64,000 nt of DNA, taken from Octopus bimaculoides. Lineage: Eukaryota. The notes under the pieces were generated by a model, which was not told the DNA's origin, ran no database searches, and worked only from the letters and a program-made list of their open reading frames with translations. The stretch lies in the NCBI RefSeq assembly GCF_001194135.2, contig NC_068993.1:40586112-40650111 (forward strand). The letters run 5' to 3'. A program made the translations under genes and the position numbers. Below, piece by piece: positions 50,154 through 64,000 of this stretch; the first letter of the stretch is position 1; each line of letters begins with the position of its first letter.

Positions 50154-50468
50154 TGAAGGCACGTGGCTGAGTGGTTAGGGTATTCAGCTCACAATTGTAA
50201 GGTCATAAGTTCAATATCTGGCAGCACGTTGTGTCCTTGAACAAGACACTTTATTTCACAGTGCTCCAGTCCACTCAGCTGGCAAAAATCAATAGTATCT
50301 GTAATTCAAAGGGTCAGCTTCTGTGTCACACTGAATTTGACTGAGAATTACGTTAGGGGTACACGTGTTTGTGGAATGCTCAGTCACTTGCATGTTAATT
50401 TCATGTGCTGGCTGTTCCATTGATCAGATCAACTGGAACCCTCGTTGTCATAAGCAATGGAGTACCAG
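50154..50468 (+). mobile_element. Full-length SINE family E with 14-bp target-site duplication
   Basis: Head gaaggcacgtggctgagtggttaggg, B-box aagttcaat, CORE-like gtccttgaacaagacacttt. Flanked by an exact TSD TTAACTGGTTTCAC at 50140-50153 and 50469-50482. Confidence 0.85.
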
Positions 50469-50583
50469 TTAACTGGTTTCACAGAATTTTCTGATTTTCT
50501 AATGTCGAGATAAAAAGACATGGAGCTATGCCACAACTTAGAATATAAACAACCTAAAGACTCCCAGTGCATTTTCAACCTCT

Positions 50584-50620
<37 letters not shown>

Positions 50621-51434
50621 NNNNNNNNNNNNNNNNNNNNNNNNNNNNNNNNNNNNNNNNNNNNNNNNNNNNNNNNNNNNNNNNNNNNNNNNNNNNNNNN
50701 NNNNNNNNNNNNNNNNNNNNNNNNNNNNNNNNNNNNNNNNNNNNNNNNNNNNNNNNNNNNNNNNNNNNNNNNNNNNNNNNNNNNNNNNNNNNNNNNNNNN
50801 NNNNNNNNNNNNNNNNNNNNNNNNNNNNNNNNNNNNNNNNNNNNNNNNNNNNNNNNNNNNNNNNNNNNNNNNNNNNNNNNNNNNTATATATATTCTTATA
50901 CTTGGGAATGGTCACCTTTTGCCAATTAAACACACACACACACTATTTATTTGATCTTCACTTTAGTTTTATTGTTTTTATTTTTAGTTAATTTTTCACA
51001 CTTTCTGTAACCTCTTCAGCAACTCTCTGTCCCATGTGTCTCGTCTTGTCCTGCCTATTCCAGTTTGTACATCTGTAATATGTATCTCTATCTGCAGGCA
51101 TGTTTTCACATCAAGAATCTTGCTAAACAAATGCATAGACACACACACACACACACACAGGTATGTATGTGTGTGTCTATGTATTGGTGAGTAAGCAGTG
51201 TTATTCATTTCCAGTATTCTGTGACGTATCCATACTGTAAGTGAACATCACAACAATAATATAAGAAATATTACCTTGCTTAAAGACAGGTGAGGGTTGG
51301 TGGCAAGAAGCACATCCAGTGGTAGAAAATCTGCCTCAATGAATTTTCATCTGACCCATGCAAGCCTGGAAAAGACGACCACAAAATGATGATGTTGATG
51401 GTATATAACTTATATATGTACATCTATATCTACA

Positions 51435-51485
<51 letters not shown>

Positions 51486-53721
51486 ATATATATNNNNNNN
51501 NNNNNNNNNNNNNNNNNNNNNNNNNNNNNNNNNNNNNNNNNNNNNNNNNNNNNNNNNNNNNNNNNNNNNNNNNNNNNNNNNNNNNNNNNNNNNNNNNNNN
51601 NNNNNNNNNNNNNNNNNNNNNNNNNNNNNNNNNNNNNNNNNNNNNNNNNNNNNNNNNNNNNNNNNNNNNNNNNNNNNNNNNNNNNNNNNNNNNNNNNNNN
51701 NNNNNNNNNNNNNNNNNNNNNNNNNNNNNNNNNNNNNNNNNNNNNNNNNNNNNNNNNNNNNNNNNNNNNNNNNNNNNNNNNNNNNNNNNNNNNNNNNNNN
51801 NNNNNNNNNNNNNNNNNNNNNNNNNNNNNNNNNNNNNNNNNNNNNNNNNNNNNNNNNNNNNNNNNNNNNNNNNNNNTTATAGGCAAAATTTAACTGATAT
51901 TAAATTTTATTAATCTTGACTGGAACCAAGCTTGTTTAGCTTAAAAAAAGAAAAAAAACATCTTATGGAATGGTATTTATTTTTGTTTGTTTTTGTGGGG
52001 TTTCTTTTATTTTACTTTCAAGTCTAGTGTATGAATGGACCTATTTGCTGCTACTGGGCTGTTCATTTTATGGCATGGAGTGTGGCAGATATAATGGCCT
52101 TATATTATTGCCACTCTTATGAGAGAAAGAAGCTTTATCATTTATCCATAGTCTCTTTGGAAGTCTTTTATGACGTGCGATAGGGTGGTGGGGGGGGGTA
52201 GCAGCGGTAGTGGTGGTGTGAGGCGGGGGATTGCTTACGAGTTTATAATCTTTCATTAAACATTTAAAAATCAGTTATACTCATTTGTGTATTGAAGCAT
52301 TAGTTCGTTATGTTTCGTTATTCATTTTTTTTTTCCCTCCCAAAATCTTTTCGTTTTTGTTCTTGTTGTCAATATTGCTATGTTGTGTTATTTAATCTGT
52401 TTAAAGAATTCCTTTATTTTTCCATTTTTACCATCTGTGTGCATATATTTATGTATGTATGTATATGTATGTGGGTGAGTATGTGTATGTGCGTGTATAT
52501 ATGTTTGTATGTGTATATATATTTTTGTGTATGTGTGTGTATATACTTATATATATATATATATTATTGTATATATATATGTTTGTGTGTGTGTATATAG
52601 TAATCAACGCACATTTTCATTTGATGTTATTCCCATATACACTCTTAGCAACAACAAAACGACCCAAAAAAAAAAGTCTTCTATTGCTACAATGGGAATT
52701 TTTCATAGATTTACGCTGAGAATAGATTCCAAATTGCGGGTTTTAGAATTTTTTGGCTTCTTTAAATTGTTATTGCACTCTGGAGAGAATATTGTGCTAT
52801 TTTTTATTTATTATTATTATTATTTTTTAGATTTTCTTTTCTTTTGAAATGAAGGAAGTGTATATATATATATACATATATATATATCCAATGCAATAAA
52901 ATCTATATGGTAATCTGAAAAAAAATGAAAAGAAAAAATGGCTGCCAAATGCCAAAGTCTATATAATAATTCTGCTGTCGATAATTTGGAAATTATCAAA
53001 ATGTTAGAATGTTAAATAATGACAATGAATTAAGTATATTTCATGGGAGCTTTTGTTTTCTTCTCCATTTTTTTTTCCCTTTTTTTTTTTTAGGGAGTTT
53101 CAGTAAAATATTTATTGTTTTTAACTTATTGACTTATTTTCTTTTTTTACCCATATAATGATGATGATGATGATGATAATAATAATAATTATTATTATTA
53201 TTGTTATCATTATTTTAACTATTATTGTTATTATTTTAATTTCCCACTCTATATTATATTCTCTCAATGTGCTCCTCTATATTGTTCATGAACAAACACG
53301 ACGAAATGATGATACATTAACAAATATGCATATACACATGTGTAATTTGGCTTTGATAATTACTGTTTGTAGTTTAGTTCCGTTGTTTTTTAATAATAAT
53401 AATGATAATGATAACGATAATGACGATAAGACACCTATGCTACAACTTCTACTGATGGTGGTGGCGGTGGTGGTGGTGACAACAGTAGTAGTAGAAAAGA
53501 ACTATCAAATAATAACTGCAACAATAATAATGTAAAGATAAGAAAATAATAACAATAATAATAATGATGATAATAATAATAATAATAATAATAATAATAG
53601 TAATGATGATGATAACGTGAATGTTGATTTTTTTTTTTTCCATTTCTTTTGTGTATATATGTGTGCAATCACTTTTGTTTTTTTCTAATGCTTTATCTAG
53701 TGAATAGAAGCTCTATTCATA

Positions 53722-53752
<31 letters not shown>

Positions 53753-53986
53753 ACGTGCAATATATCATTTGGGTGCTTTTTTGTTTTTTGTTTTTCTTTC
53801 TTTCTACAGAGTGATGAAATCAATTGAGAAAAGAACCATATAAATCCAAATTGTTGTTGTTATTGTTGGTCAATTATCTACTATGGCTATCTATGTATAC
53901 ATGTGACACAAGAATTGAATGCTATTTGATGACATTAAAGTGTTTGTGAGGCAGGAATTAGTGCTTTTTTTCCCCCTTTTTTCCTT

Positions 53987-54019
<33 letters not shown>

Positions 54020-54287
54020 ACACAGTGTATATATATATATATATATATATATGAGAATAATAACTCGGAAACTGAATGAGAGAGATGGAGAGTGTGTGTG
54101 TAATGATAAAACTCTATTGATCTTAACAATTGTGTGTATGTATGTTTGTATGTAGGTATGTGTGTGTGTTTTTCTGTGCTTGTGTTTCTGTAAATACCTT
54201 TACCTCTGTTGACTTAATTATAATCCATTGTTGATTCCTAACACTTTAGAAATCAGCCTGAAATTGTCCTCTCACCCTACCCCACCT

Positions 54288-54323
<36 letters not shown>

Positions 54324-54697
54324 TGCCCGCGCCCTCACCAACCCTGTATTGATTGCATCAATCTCCCGTAAAGCGCTTTTTTTTGGGTTTGCTTTTTGTC
54401 TTATGCTTCTTTTTTTTTTCTATGGAGACGATACAGGTGAAATGTTGATCATCTCCATTGAACTTTAATGAAATTCATCTCGTATATATCATTATAGTTG
54501 CTGCTGATGTTGCTGTCATTATCATCATCATCATCGTTGTTGTGGTTGTTGTTATGATTATTATTAATATTATTATTACAACCACATAGGACTTTTTTTT
54601 TTGTTTTTGATCTTTAGTTCACTTATTTCTGTAGCTGTGTGCAGACACTAATCTCTCTCCTTCTCTCCAGCCTCTTCTTTCTCTTCTCTTTAATATT

Positions 54698-54761
<64 letters not shown>

Positions 54762-56519
54762 TATGTGTGTCTGTGTGTATACATGTATGCTCAGACATTC
54801 ACACATACATCTCTGTGTGTGTGTGTATACACATATATATATACAATTTTATTTGCTGTGCACCCTCCCCCTTGAAATCACAACTTATTTGTTATTTTTC
54901 CTTTTATCTGGAAAAACTTGTGAAATAACGGAAAGACGAAGAAGAAAAGTAAACTCAAAATTTCTTTGCGTGTTTATTTACAACTGGAATTATAGTTTGT
55001 TTACTTTAAAACATTACTTAATGTTTTTGCAGTCACTTAACCAGAATATATTAAAAGTCCTCCATTATTACTGCTGAACTGGGAATAAATTTTTAACTGT
55101 TTGCGATTGTTTGTTCTTGTTGTTTTTCTCTTCTTTTCCTTATTCGGTTTTATGAAATCTTTCAATTGTTTGTCATAATATTTGATTCATAAAACCGTCA
55201 TTTTTAACTTTCATTGTCGTTGACAAAGTGAGGTAATTGTGCTTCACAACTTTTTTTGGACCTGAATGAGTATATGTGTTGTTCAAAGTATTAAAAATAT
55301 AAAATAGTCAGAGATTTGTATAATACCGAAAGTCTTCAACTGCTGTTTCTCTACATCTTTTATTACTTGACAGTGAATTGACAGAAAAGTTAGAAATACC
55401 TTGTGGTTCTAGTTTTTATTCTAGCTCTTAACATTCTGAGTTCATATCTTGTTGGGTTCAGCTTTGTTTTTTTTTGTTTTTTTTTTCATCTTTCCAGGGT
55501 TGATAAATAAAGAACTTCTCCATTTAGAGCATGAATGCCTCCTGCCTACTTATTTGAATGTCAGATGAAAGTGTGATCCCATATTTGTTTTGGCTTTATG
55601 CACGCTTAAATTCAAATCATACTGCAGGTCATCCTTGCCTTTCAACTTTTTGAAGTTGTAAAAATATAGCACCAGTCCAAAGTGGCTGCACAAGTAGGAT
55701 TGTTGGTGCCTTGTAGTATTTATTCAAGTATCTGTTATCCCTACATTTTGAGTCCAAATTTCATTTTGGGGTTCAACAGTCACTCTCCTCCCCCTCCCCC
55801 ATCTCACCATCATCGTTTTACATTTGCTTTCTATGTCGACATAGGTTGGCTGGGTCATTTCTGCTCTTATAGAGAGTTGGATTGGGGTGGAGTTGGGGGC
55901 ACCTCTTGCTAGTTCCATTTTCAGTTTTGTTTTTATAACTTGATGTCTTTCCAAACATCCAATGTCTTTGACAGTTCTAGAGGCATTGGATCGCAGCCAT
56001 GATGGGGCACTACTTTGAAAAGTATAGTCAAAGAAATGACACCCAGGATTTACTGCTATGGGTGATACTTATGCTGTTGATCTAGTTTGTAGAGGCATAA
56101 ATGAAATAACATGTTGTCAAGTAGTGGTGAGAGCCAAGACAAAGACATACAAACATAGATATATATATCAGCTTCTTTCAATTTCCATCTGCCAAATCCA
56201 TTCACAAGGTTTTAATTGGCTCAGACACTATAATAGAAGAAATATGCCTAAGGTGTCTTACAGTGGGACTGAACCCAGAACTATGGCTGGGAAGGAAGCA
56301 TATTATCACACAGTCATGCCTTGAAGCTCTGATGAAGCTATCTACTGGCAGAAACAGCTGTAAGCTACTGAAGTTCATTACATAAATTCTCATTCATTTG
56401 TTCACTTGCTATTTATTTCATTTTTTATTACACTCTGTACTTGAATAATGCTTTTTTTTTTTCTGAAGCATATCCATAATGAGTTCTTATACCAGGTTAT
56501 TAGTTTTGCTACGTCTAAG

Positions 56520-56565
<46 letters not shown>

Positions 56566-57230
56566 TTAGATATATATATATATATATTTGCATTTGTAAT
56601 CCATTTACAAGATTTCATATCTGAAAGTTCATGGCAGCTAAGGAGATAAAATTATATTTCAAGTATTGTTAATGTTCAAATGACAAGCATAGAATTGTTG
56701 CAAAAATGCATTCCTTTAGAACTTAACCTCCCCACCTCCACCCCCTCTCTGTCGTTTTGTTATTTTCGTATTGATTGTTATTGTATTATTGCATTATTTG
56801 TTAATTCCATGGAAGATTGTGTACACAAAGAATAAAAATAAGATTGGAAAATATTTTCCGGAAAACAACTTGTTGTCTTGTTTTGTTGTTTAAATTGCGG
56901 TATTGTAATTTTTATCAGGTCATCTGCTGTATGTGATTTTTAATATTTCTCTTTATACATTTGACTTCTAATTTTTTTATGATGTGTATAATGTGTGTTT
57001 AAGTGTATAAATGTTTGTACACACGCACACACACACACATACACATATATGTGTGTGTGCATGTGTATGTTTGTGCGTATTTTTATATATATATATGTGT
57101 GAGTGTGTGTGTTGTGTGTGTCTATGTATGTTCATAAGTTATACATATTCATATATGTATTTGTATATGCACATGTATATATGTGTGCATATACATATGT
57201 ATGTTCATTATATATATGTTCATTATACAT

Positions 57231-57293
<63 letters not shown>

Positions 57294-57476
57294 CTTAGAT
57301 ATGATATATACATATTTATATGCTTGAATATATGTATATGAATCTGTAAATCTGTATATATAAGTGTGTGTGTATCTATATATATATATACATATATACA
57401 TACATATCTATGTATGCATGCATGCATGTATGTATGTGTATATGTATATATAGAGACACAGAGAGATGTATGTATG

Positions 57477-57518
<42 letters not shown>

Positions 57519-57628
57519 TACATGTATCTGTTTATGTATGTATATGAAATGCTTATTTCAACTTGCATTTGCATCATGCATATATATGGCTGCATATGTG
57601 TGTATGTCTATGCGCATGGGTGTCTGTG

Positions 57629-57673
<45 letters not shown>

Positions 57674-58525
57674 TTGTTATTGTTGTTTCCTCTCATCTCT
57701 ATCTTTCCCCATCTGCCCACCTTCATTTCATGTGTTCGTAGTACATGTCTTAATGTAATATCCAACTCGTACACAGCGTAACATCCACACTTCACACTGA
57801 CACACTGCGACTTCAACTTTGTTATCGAAGTGTGATCCTACCACAGAAATATCTCAAGTTTTCCCTTGCTTCGCCATTCTTATGTGGATTAATTTTATTT
57901 TTCTTACTACACATATTCATACCTGCCATAATCAAAGAAGCATGGTTCTTTATGTTTTGCTGCTGTCAATATTCCTTGATGATAGCAGCTAATGTATTCT
58001 GCTATATTCCATGACAATCACCGTACATGATATTATTAATCTAGCTATTAATGTAGGATTTAATCTTAATGTAGGGAGAGGAGTTAATCTGGTTTACTTA
58101 ACAATATTAACATATGTTAATGTGGGAAGTGGTTGGAATTAAATGTATTTGTTACTGATTCAGAAGCTGTTTGTGATGTTATTATAGTTATATTCTCTCG
58201 TATTAAACATTGCATACTGAAAACTAAAAACCTTCTGCCTTATCAACGAACAAATATAATTTACTTGTTTTACATATAAGTACAGACACAGTTATATGGT
58301 TATGTTGTTTTTTGTTGTTTTTATAACAATTTTAGTAACAATTATGTGGTATTAGGTTCAATCCTCACTGTAGAAACACCTTCAGTAAGTTATTTTTCGG
58401 TAACATACTCAGATTAACTGCTGCTTTTACAAGAAAAATTTGATATTTGAAAACTACTTGGAAGCCAAACGTATGAATATATGTAAACATACATGCATGC
58501 TAGTAGTTGGAGGGTGGGGGGTGTA

Positions 58526-58751
58526 TACTCTCTTTTACTTGTTTCAGGCATTTCACTATGGCCATGCTGGAGCATCACTTTGAAAGATTTTAGTCGAACA
58601 AATCAACCCCCAGGACTTATTTCTTAAGCCTAGTACTTATTCTATTGGTCTCTTTTGCCAAACTGCTAAGTCCTGGGGATGTAAACACACCAACACCGGT
58701 TGTCAAGCAGTGATGGGAGACAAACACAGACACAAAAATACACACATTCAC

Positions 58752-58795
<44 letters not shown>

Positions 58796-59529
58796 NNNNN
58801 NNNNNNNNNNNNNNNNNNNNNNNNNNNNNNNNNNNNNNNNNNNNNNNNNNNNNNNNNNNNNNNNNNNNNNNNNNNNNNNNNNNNNNNNNNNNNNNNNNNN
58901 NNNNNNNNNNNNNNNNNNNNNNNNNNNNNNNNNNNNNNNNNNNNNNNNNNNNNNNNNNNNNNNNNNNNNNNNNNNNNNNNNNNNNNNNNNNNNNNNNNNN
59001 NNNNNNNNNNNNNNNNNNNNNNNNNNNNNNNNNNNNNNNNNNNNNNNNNNNNNNNNNNNNNNNNNNNNNNNNNNNNNNNNNNNNNNNNNNNNNNNNNNNN
59101 NNNNNNNNNNNNNNNNNNNNNNNNNNNNNNNNNNNNNNNNNNNNNNNNNNNNNNNNNNNNNNNNNNNNNNNNNNNNNNNNNNNNNNNNNNNNNNNNNNNN
59201 NNNNNNNNNNNNNNNNNNNNNNNNNNNNNNNNNNNNNNNNNNNNNNNNNNNNNNNNNNNNNNNNNNNNNNNNNNNNNNNNNNNNNNNNNNNNNNNNNNNN
59301 NNNNNNNNNNNNNNNNNNNNNNNNNNNNNNNNNNNNNNNNNNNNNNNATATATATATATATAAATATATACGACAGGCTTCTTTCAGTTTCCGTCTACCA
59401 AATCCACTCACAAGGCTTTGGTCGGCCCGAGGCTATAGTAGAAGACACTTGCCCAAGGTGCCACGCAGTGGGACTGAACCCGGAACCATGTGGTTGATAA
59501 GCAAGCTACTTACCACACAGCCACTCCTA
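58526..59529 (-). mobile_element. Young SINE A copy whose internal (TA)n spans an assembly gap
   Basis: 58526-58755 is the 3' half and 59365-59529 the near-consensus 5' half. (TA)n flanks the N-run on both sides. Confidence 0.85.
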
Positions 59530-61301
59530 TTATTGCAATTAATTAATAAATGAATGTTTACAGGCTGATGTTTGTCAATTGGTTATCCTCTCCATTTTCT
59601 TAATTGCCTTTGAGTGGTTGGCGTTAGGAAGGGCATCCAGCTGTAGAAACTCTGCCAAATCAGACTGGAGCCTGGTGTTGCCATCCGGTTTCACCAGGCT
59701 TCTTTCAGTTTCTGCCTTATAGCACATCATCATAATCATTTAACATCCGCTTTCCATGCTGGCATGAGTTGGAATGTTAATATTAATAGCAATATGATGA
59801 TGTAGTAGTAGTAGTGTGTATGTTTTGCTCTGTGTGTCTTTGCATTGCATTGTTTGGCAGAGAGCTTAGTGATATGTTTTTGTATTATACATAAAAAGAA
59901 TATGTCCTGCAGCTTCTATAGTTTCATGTGCAAAGAATTGTGGGATACCTTACTAGGAAAAACAAGTAAGGGTTAGCAGGTGGAATGGCATCCTGCCACA
60001 AAATACTGTCTCAAAATAACTCTCATCCAGCTTCTCATTCCTGCATGGTAAAAAGCAGACATAGGAAAGGATGATGGTGGTAACGAAGATCGTGCCGATG
60101 ATGATGATGATTAAGCTTTGTATTTATAAATATTTAATGTGTGGTAATTATGATATGTGTTGTTAGAATTTTGTCTGAGTGAACTCTTAGTAACCTGATA
60201 TGCACCCAAAATATTCAGCAATGCTATAAATTAAATTTCATGCACTGAATTACCAAACAGTAATTGGAGTAAATGTTAGGATATTAGAAGAGATGCCTCA
60301 TGGTGTTTGTTATAACTCTTTGTGTTCTGAGTTCAAATCCCAGCATGGCCTACTTGGATGGTAGACTTAATCTGTTTGTTGCTCAGTTGAATATCACCAT
60401 CTGACAAAGAATCTACTCTTTCATGCATATAAGCCATATCTCCAGTTTGAGGATGCAATTATCTCTCCTTCCTTCCCTCCTATCAGTCTTGCAGGCTCTA
60501 TAGAGCAGGAGTCCCCAACCAGTGGGTTCCTGGTCAGTATTGGGCCTCGGATTATTTGGTATCAGGCCACACAGAAAAAATAAATTTTAAAAGTGTATTT
60601 CTAATTTATTAACTGTCACAGTTTGTGGAATGTTTTTGCATTATATATGTATTATGTCTGTAATAATTAAATTCACCCTGACTATCTTTTTATCTCACCT
60701 TCCTCTCCTCTCTTTTCCTACTGGGGTAGCCAAGTATTTCCTCTATAGTAGGACACCTATCTCTATCCCTCTATTATACTTTAGCCTCTCGCATCGCACA
60801 AAGCCACTTCCCATAAACCCACTCCCTCCTCCCAGCCGAGAGGTCTTTGTCTTGCAAGTTACTTGGCAACCCAGCTGGTGTTGGTGCTAGATGAAAAGCA
60901 CTCAGTCCAGTCTGTAGAGCGGTTGGCGTTAGGAAGGGTATCCAGCTGTACAAACCATACCAAAGCAGACAACGGAGCCTGTTGCCGCTCTCTGGCTTGC
61001 CAGCTCCAGTTAAACCATCTGACCCATGCCATCATGGAAGACTGATGTTAAATGATAATGATGATACTCTTTATTGTGTTTTGTTATGTGCATGATTCCC
61101 TGGTCTGGAGGAAAATTGTGTTGCATCAAACTGAACTGGTCTGTGGTGCAGAAAAAAACTGCTGCTCTAAAGAGTTGTGAGCTTCTAAATAAAAACAATT
61201 GTTTAGCCCAAGTCATTTCATCATCAACAAATCTATAAGAATGAAGAGCTTGATTTAAGGAGGATTTGGCTGTTATTTTTAACTGGTTATTACTAAAGTG
61301 G

Positions 61302-61510
61302 TTAACACTTTTGATACCAGCTTATTAGAGGCGGCCCACAGTTCATTGATGTCAACTTCACATTTTTATAGTCATAAAATGTCATGGTAATTTATATTCC
61401 AATCACTAGCTTAATAGTGGTGAAGTTATTTTGCTAGATTCATTATTGTTGAAATTAGTTGATACAAAAGGCAATGTATTTCAACATAAATAGAGTAACA
61501 AAAGGGTTAA
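61302..61510. mobile_element. piggyBac-type MITE-1 (TTAA target, TIRs)
   Basis: TTAA-cacttttgatac ... gtaacaaaaggg-TTAA (TIR 10/12 identical). Another fragment at about 38545-38650. Confidence 0.75.
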
Positions 61511-62827
61511 ATTGGAAACCCAACATAGAATTTGGATAGAGTGCAGAAATTGATGATAAAGTTATAACTGTATATTACAAAAGTGTGCATGTGAGTGTGT
61601 GTGCTTGAACTAAGGGGAGGTTAGCAATTATAACTTTGATCAAACTGATATCTAACCACTGTTGTTCCAACAAGTCTTTTTTCTGTTCTTTATTTTCATC
61701 TTTTCTCTCATTATGTTTCCCTTGTTATACCAACTGTGAACTGAGCGTGGGGTATAACAATTGTTATAGGAATGTCATTTAATGATATGTGGCTGTTTGT
61801 TTATTTTATTACACCTGAATCACATTGTTATAGATCCCACTATGATATGCTATAGCAGCCCTACTCTCCCCTTCCTACTCCTTAACTTTTCATATCAATT
61901 AGATTATTAGCATAGTTGGTGTTTAGCGTAAACACTTGATTTCAGTGGAAACTCTGATTCAAAAGCCAAAATTATTTGACAGAGGTCAAAATTATATAGC
62001 CCACATTTGTTTCTTGCCTTCTTTTTTTTTTATTATACATGCATTATTTCAACTCAAAGCAATTCCATGTTTAGATATTTCATAATTTCTTGAATAGAAA
62101 ATAATTTTATAATTTTATTTCTGTAAAACTTGCTTAAAATTACTGAAAAATAAATCATGTTAGCAAATAAAAAGGAAAGAAAGGAGAGTAAAAGAGTAAT
62201 GGGGATGTATGTAATGTGTGTGTGGTGGGGTTTAGTGTATTTGTGTGTTGTACATGCATAAGTGGATATCTGTGCAAATGTGTGTGCACCTGTATAACAA
62301 AGACAGAAAACTGTTTTGCCTGAGAGGAGAGTTGTTATCATGCAGTGTTATACGTGATGACAATGTTGATTGTGTCAGCTTATATTGTCGTGGTGATGGC
62401 TTTTCTATGCCATATCTAAAAGGCTTCATAACCAATACACCCATATTTTTTGTTTTTTGTTTTTTTTCATTATTTTCTTTGTGTGTGTGTGTGTGTTTGT
62501 GTCTTTAACAAAACAAAAAAAAATTGCAAAAAGTAACAACTATATAGAAGGTATACACAAAAAAGTGTGTGTGAATGAAAGACAAAGAGAGGAGGAGAGA
62601 GTGTGAAATCTCAATGTGATGCATCGTAGTGAATTTTACCTGGAGATATAATGTGTGGCAGTGGTGGGGCAGGTGGTAGAGCGAATGGAAGAGCAAAAAT
62701 GTGCAAAGCAAAAAAGAGACAAGGCGTCAGATGTAGACAATGAAATTAAAAAGCTTGGCATTTTCTCCTGTGTTATTATTTAAGCATCGTGTTGCCATTA
62801 ATGCAGCTTCCTAGTCCACCTTAACTG

Positions 62828-62863
<36 letters not shown>

Positions 62864-64000
62864 GCACACACACACACATACTTGTACACGCATTCACTCA
62901 CTCACACACTTATTCATACACTCACTTGTGCATACACGTCCATGCGCACTCACTTGCATTACACACACACGCATGCACACTCATGTCCACACTCGCTTGC
63001 ACATGCACACCTTTATTGATGAAACGTTCTTTTATTGGCGAGAAGCAGCAGCCTTTTTATCTGAGTGATTTTAATGTAAAATTTACTATTGTGGCATTTT
63101 CACACAAAAGGAAGCAAGGGTTCCATTTTTTTTATTGTGTGTGTGTGTGTCATTATCACAGTCATCATCATCATCATCATCATGACCGTCATCACCCTCA
63201 ACATCATCTAAATCATCATCATCACCATCATCAATATCATCGCCATCATCGTCCTACTCTTAACATCATTTCTGTCATTGTTGCCACTATGCCTTGTCAT
63301 TGTTGCTTTTGTCATTGCCCTTATTATTATTATTATTATTATTGTTATTATTATTATTATTCTATATTTTTATATTTCAATTTATTAATTTATTTGTTCT
63401 TCATTTATTATCTAATAATATATTGCCTGAATTTCCAATTGGAATCGCCTGATAGAAAAAGACAAAAAAAAAAAATAAGAAAGAAAGAAAAAAAGAGAGA
63501 AATAAGTCGAGAGAAAAGAAAATTATGTTACCCACCCTCTCTCCTTGAGTCTCTGTTTTTCCTGTGTAAAATTATTATCATGTTCAGTCCTAATTATTGA
63601 GTTGAGAGCAGTATTAGGAGGGAAGAGAGAATTTTATATATATATATATATATATATATGATGATGATGATATATATGTATGTATGTATATCGTGATATT
63701 TGGGGAAATTATAGGTTTCAAACCCATTGTTGTTTTTGTATGTTATAAAGATATATGTTAAGTTTTTTTTTTTTTTAATTATTTTAAAAATTTTCCTTAT
63801 CTTTTTTTTTTTAATTTAATTTTATTTTTCCTTCTTCTCCTTTTGTTCTTTAATTTTGGGAAAGTTTTTAGTTTGAGATTTTTTTTATTTTCATAAATAG
63901 CAATCGATTGTATACAATGATAGTTATTCACAATATATCACTTTTCCTAATATGGAAAAGTCTTTTATTTTAATTTTTTTTTTAATTTAAAGTGTTTTTT

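Noticed and set aside
57832-58014. Hydrophobic 60-aa ORF
   Set aside because: T-rich compositional bias explains the hydrophobicity; no family motif.
1901-63600. The great majority of ORF-track entries ([16 protein letters not shown], poly-N/H/V/T, X-containing)
   Set aside because: They are translations of microsatellites and N-gaps that lack stop codons by construction, with no protein-like complexity.

Overview
AT-rich, microsatellite-saturated animal DNA from a short-read assembly with about 10 N-gaps, most flanked by (AT)n/(CT)n/(GT)n runs. The repeat families and composition point to an octopod (Octopus-like) cephalopod; this is inference. The only host-gene coding sequence I can support is one 201-nt phase 0/0 exon of a branched-chain amino acid aminotransferase (BCAT) gene at 44883-45083 (+). 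Most of the window is therefore probably its introns or flank. The rest is a layered transposon landscape: three tRNA-derived SINE families, many 5'-truncated RTE LINE ends, an RTE RT fragment, R4/Dong LINE 3' ends, a decayed DD37D (maT) Tc1/mariner, TTAA piggyBac-type MITEs, a Penelope-like terminus with a hammerhead-like motif, and a decayed zinc-knuckle ORF1 element with no ORF2. Nearly all ORFs in the supplied track are microsatellite or gap artefacts. Most notable observations: the variant hammerhead motif (41244-41280), the ORF1-only retroelement (33769-35692), a spacerless ~410-bp palindrome (20701-21114), a nested branched hairpin just upstream of the BCAT exon (43920-44610), and an exact 39-nt inverted templated insertion (46559-46597 / 51229-51267). 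Family names and alignments are from recall and reading by eye; no searches were run.
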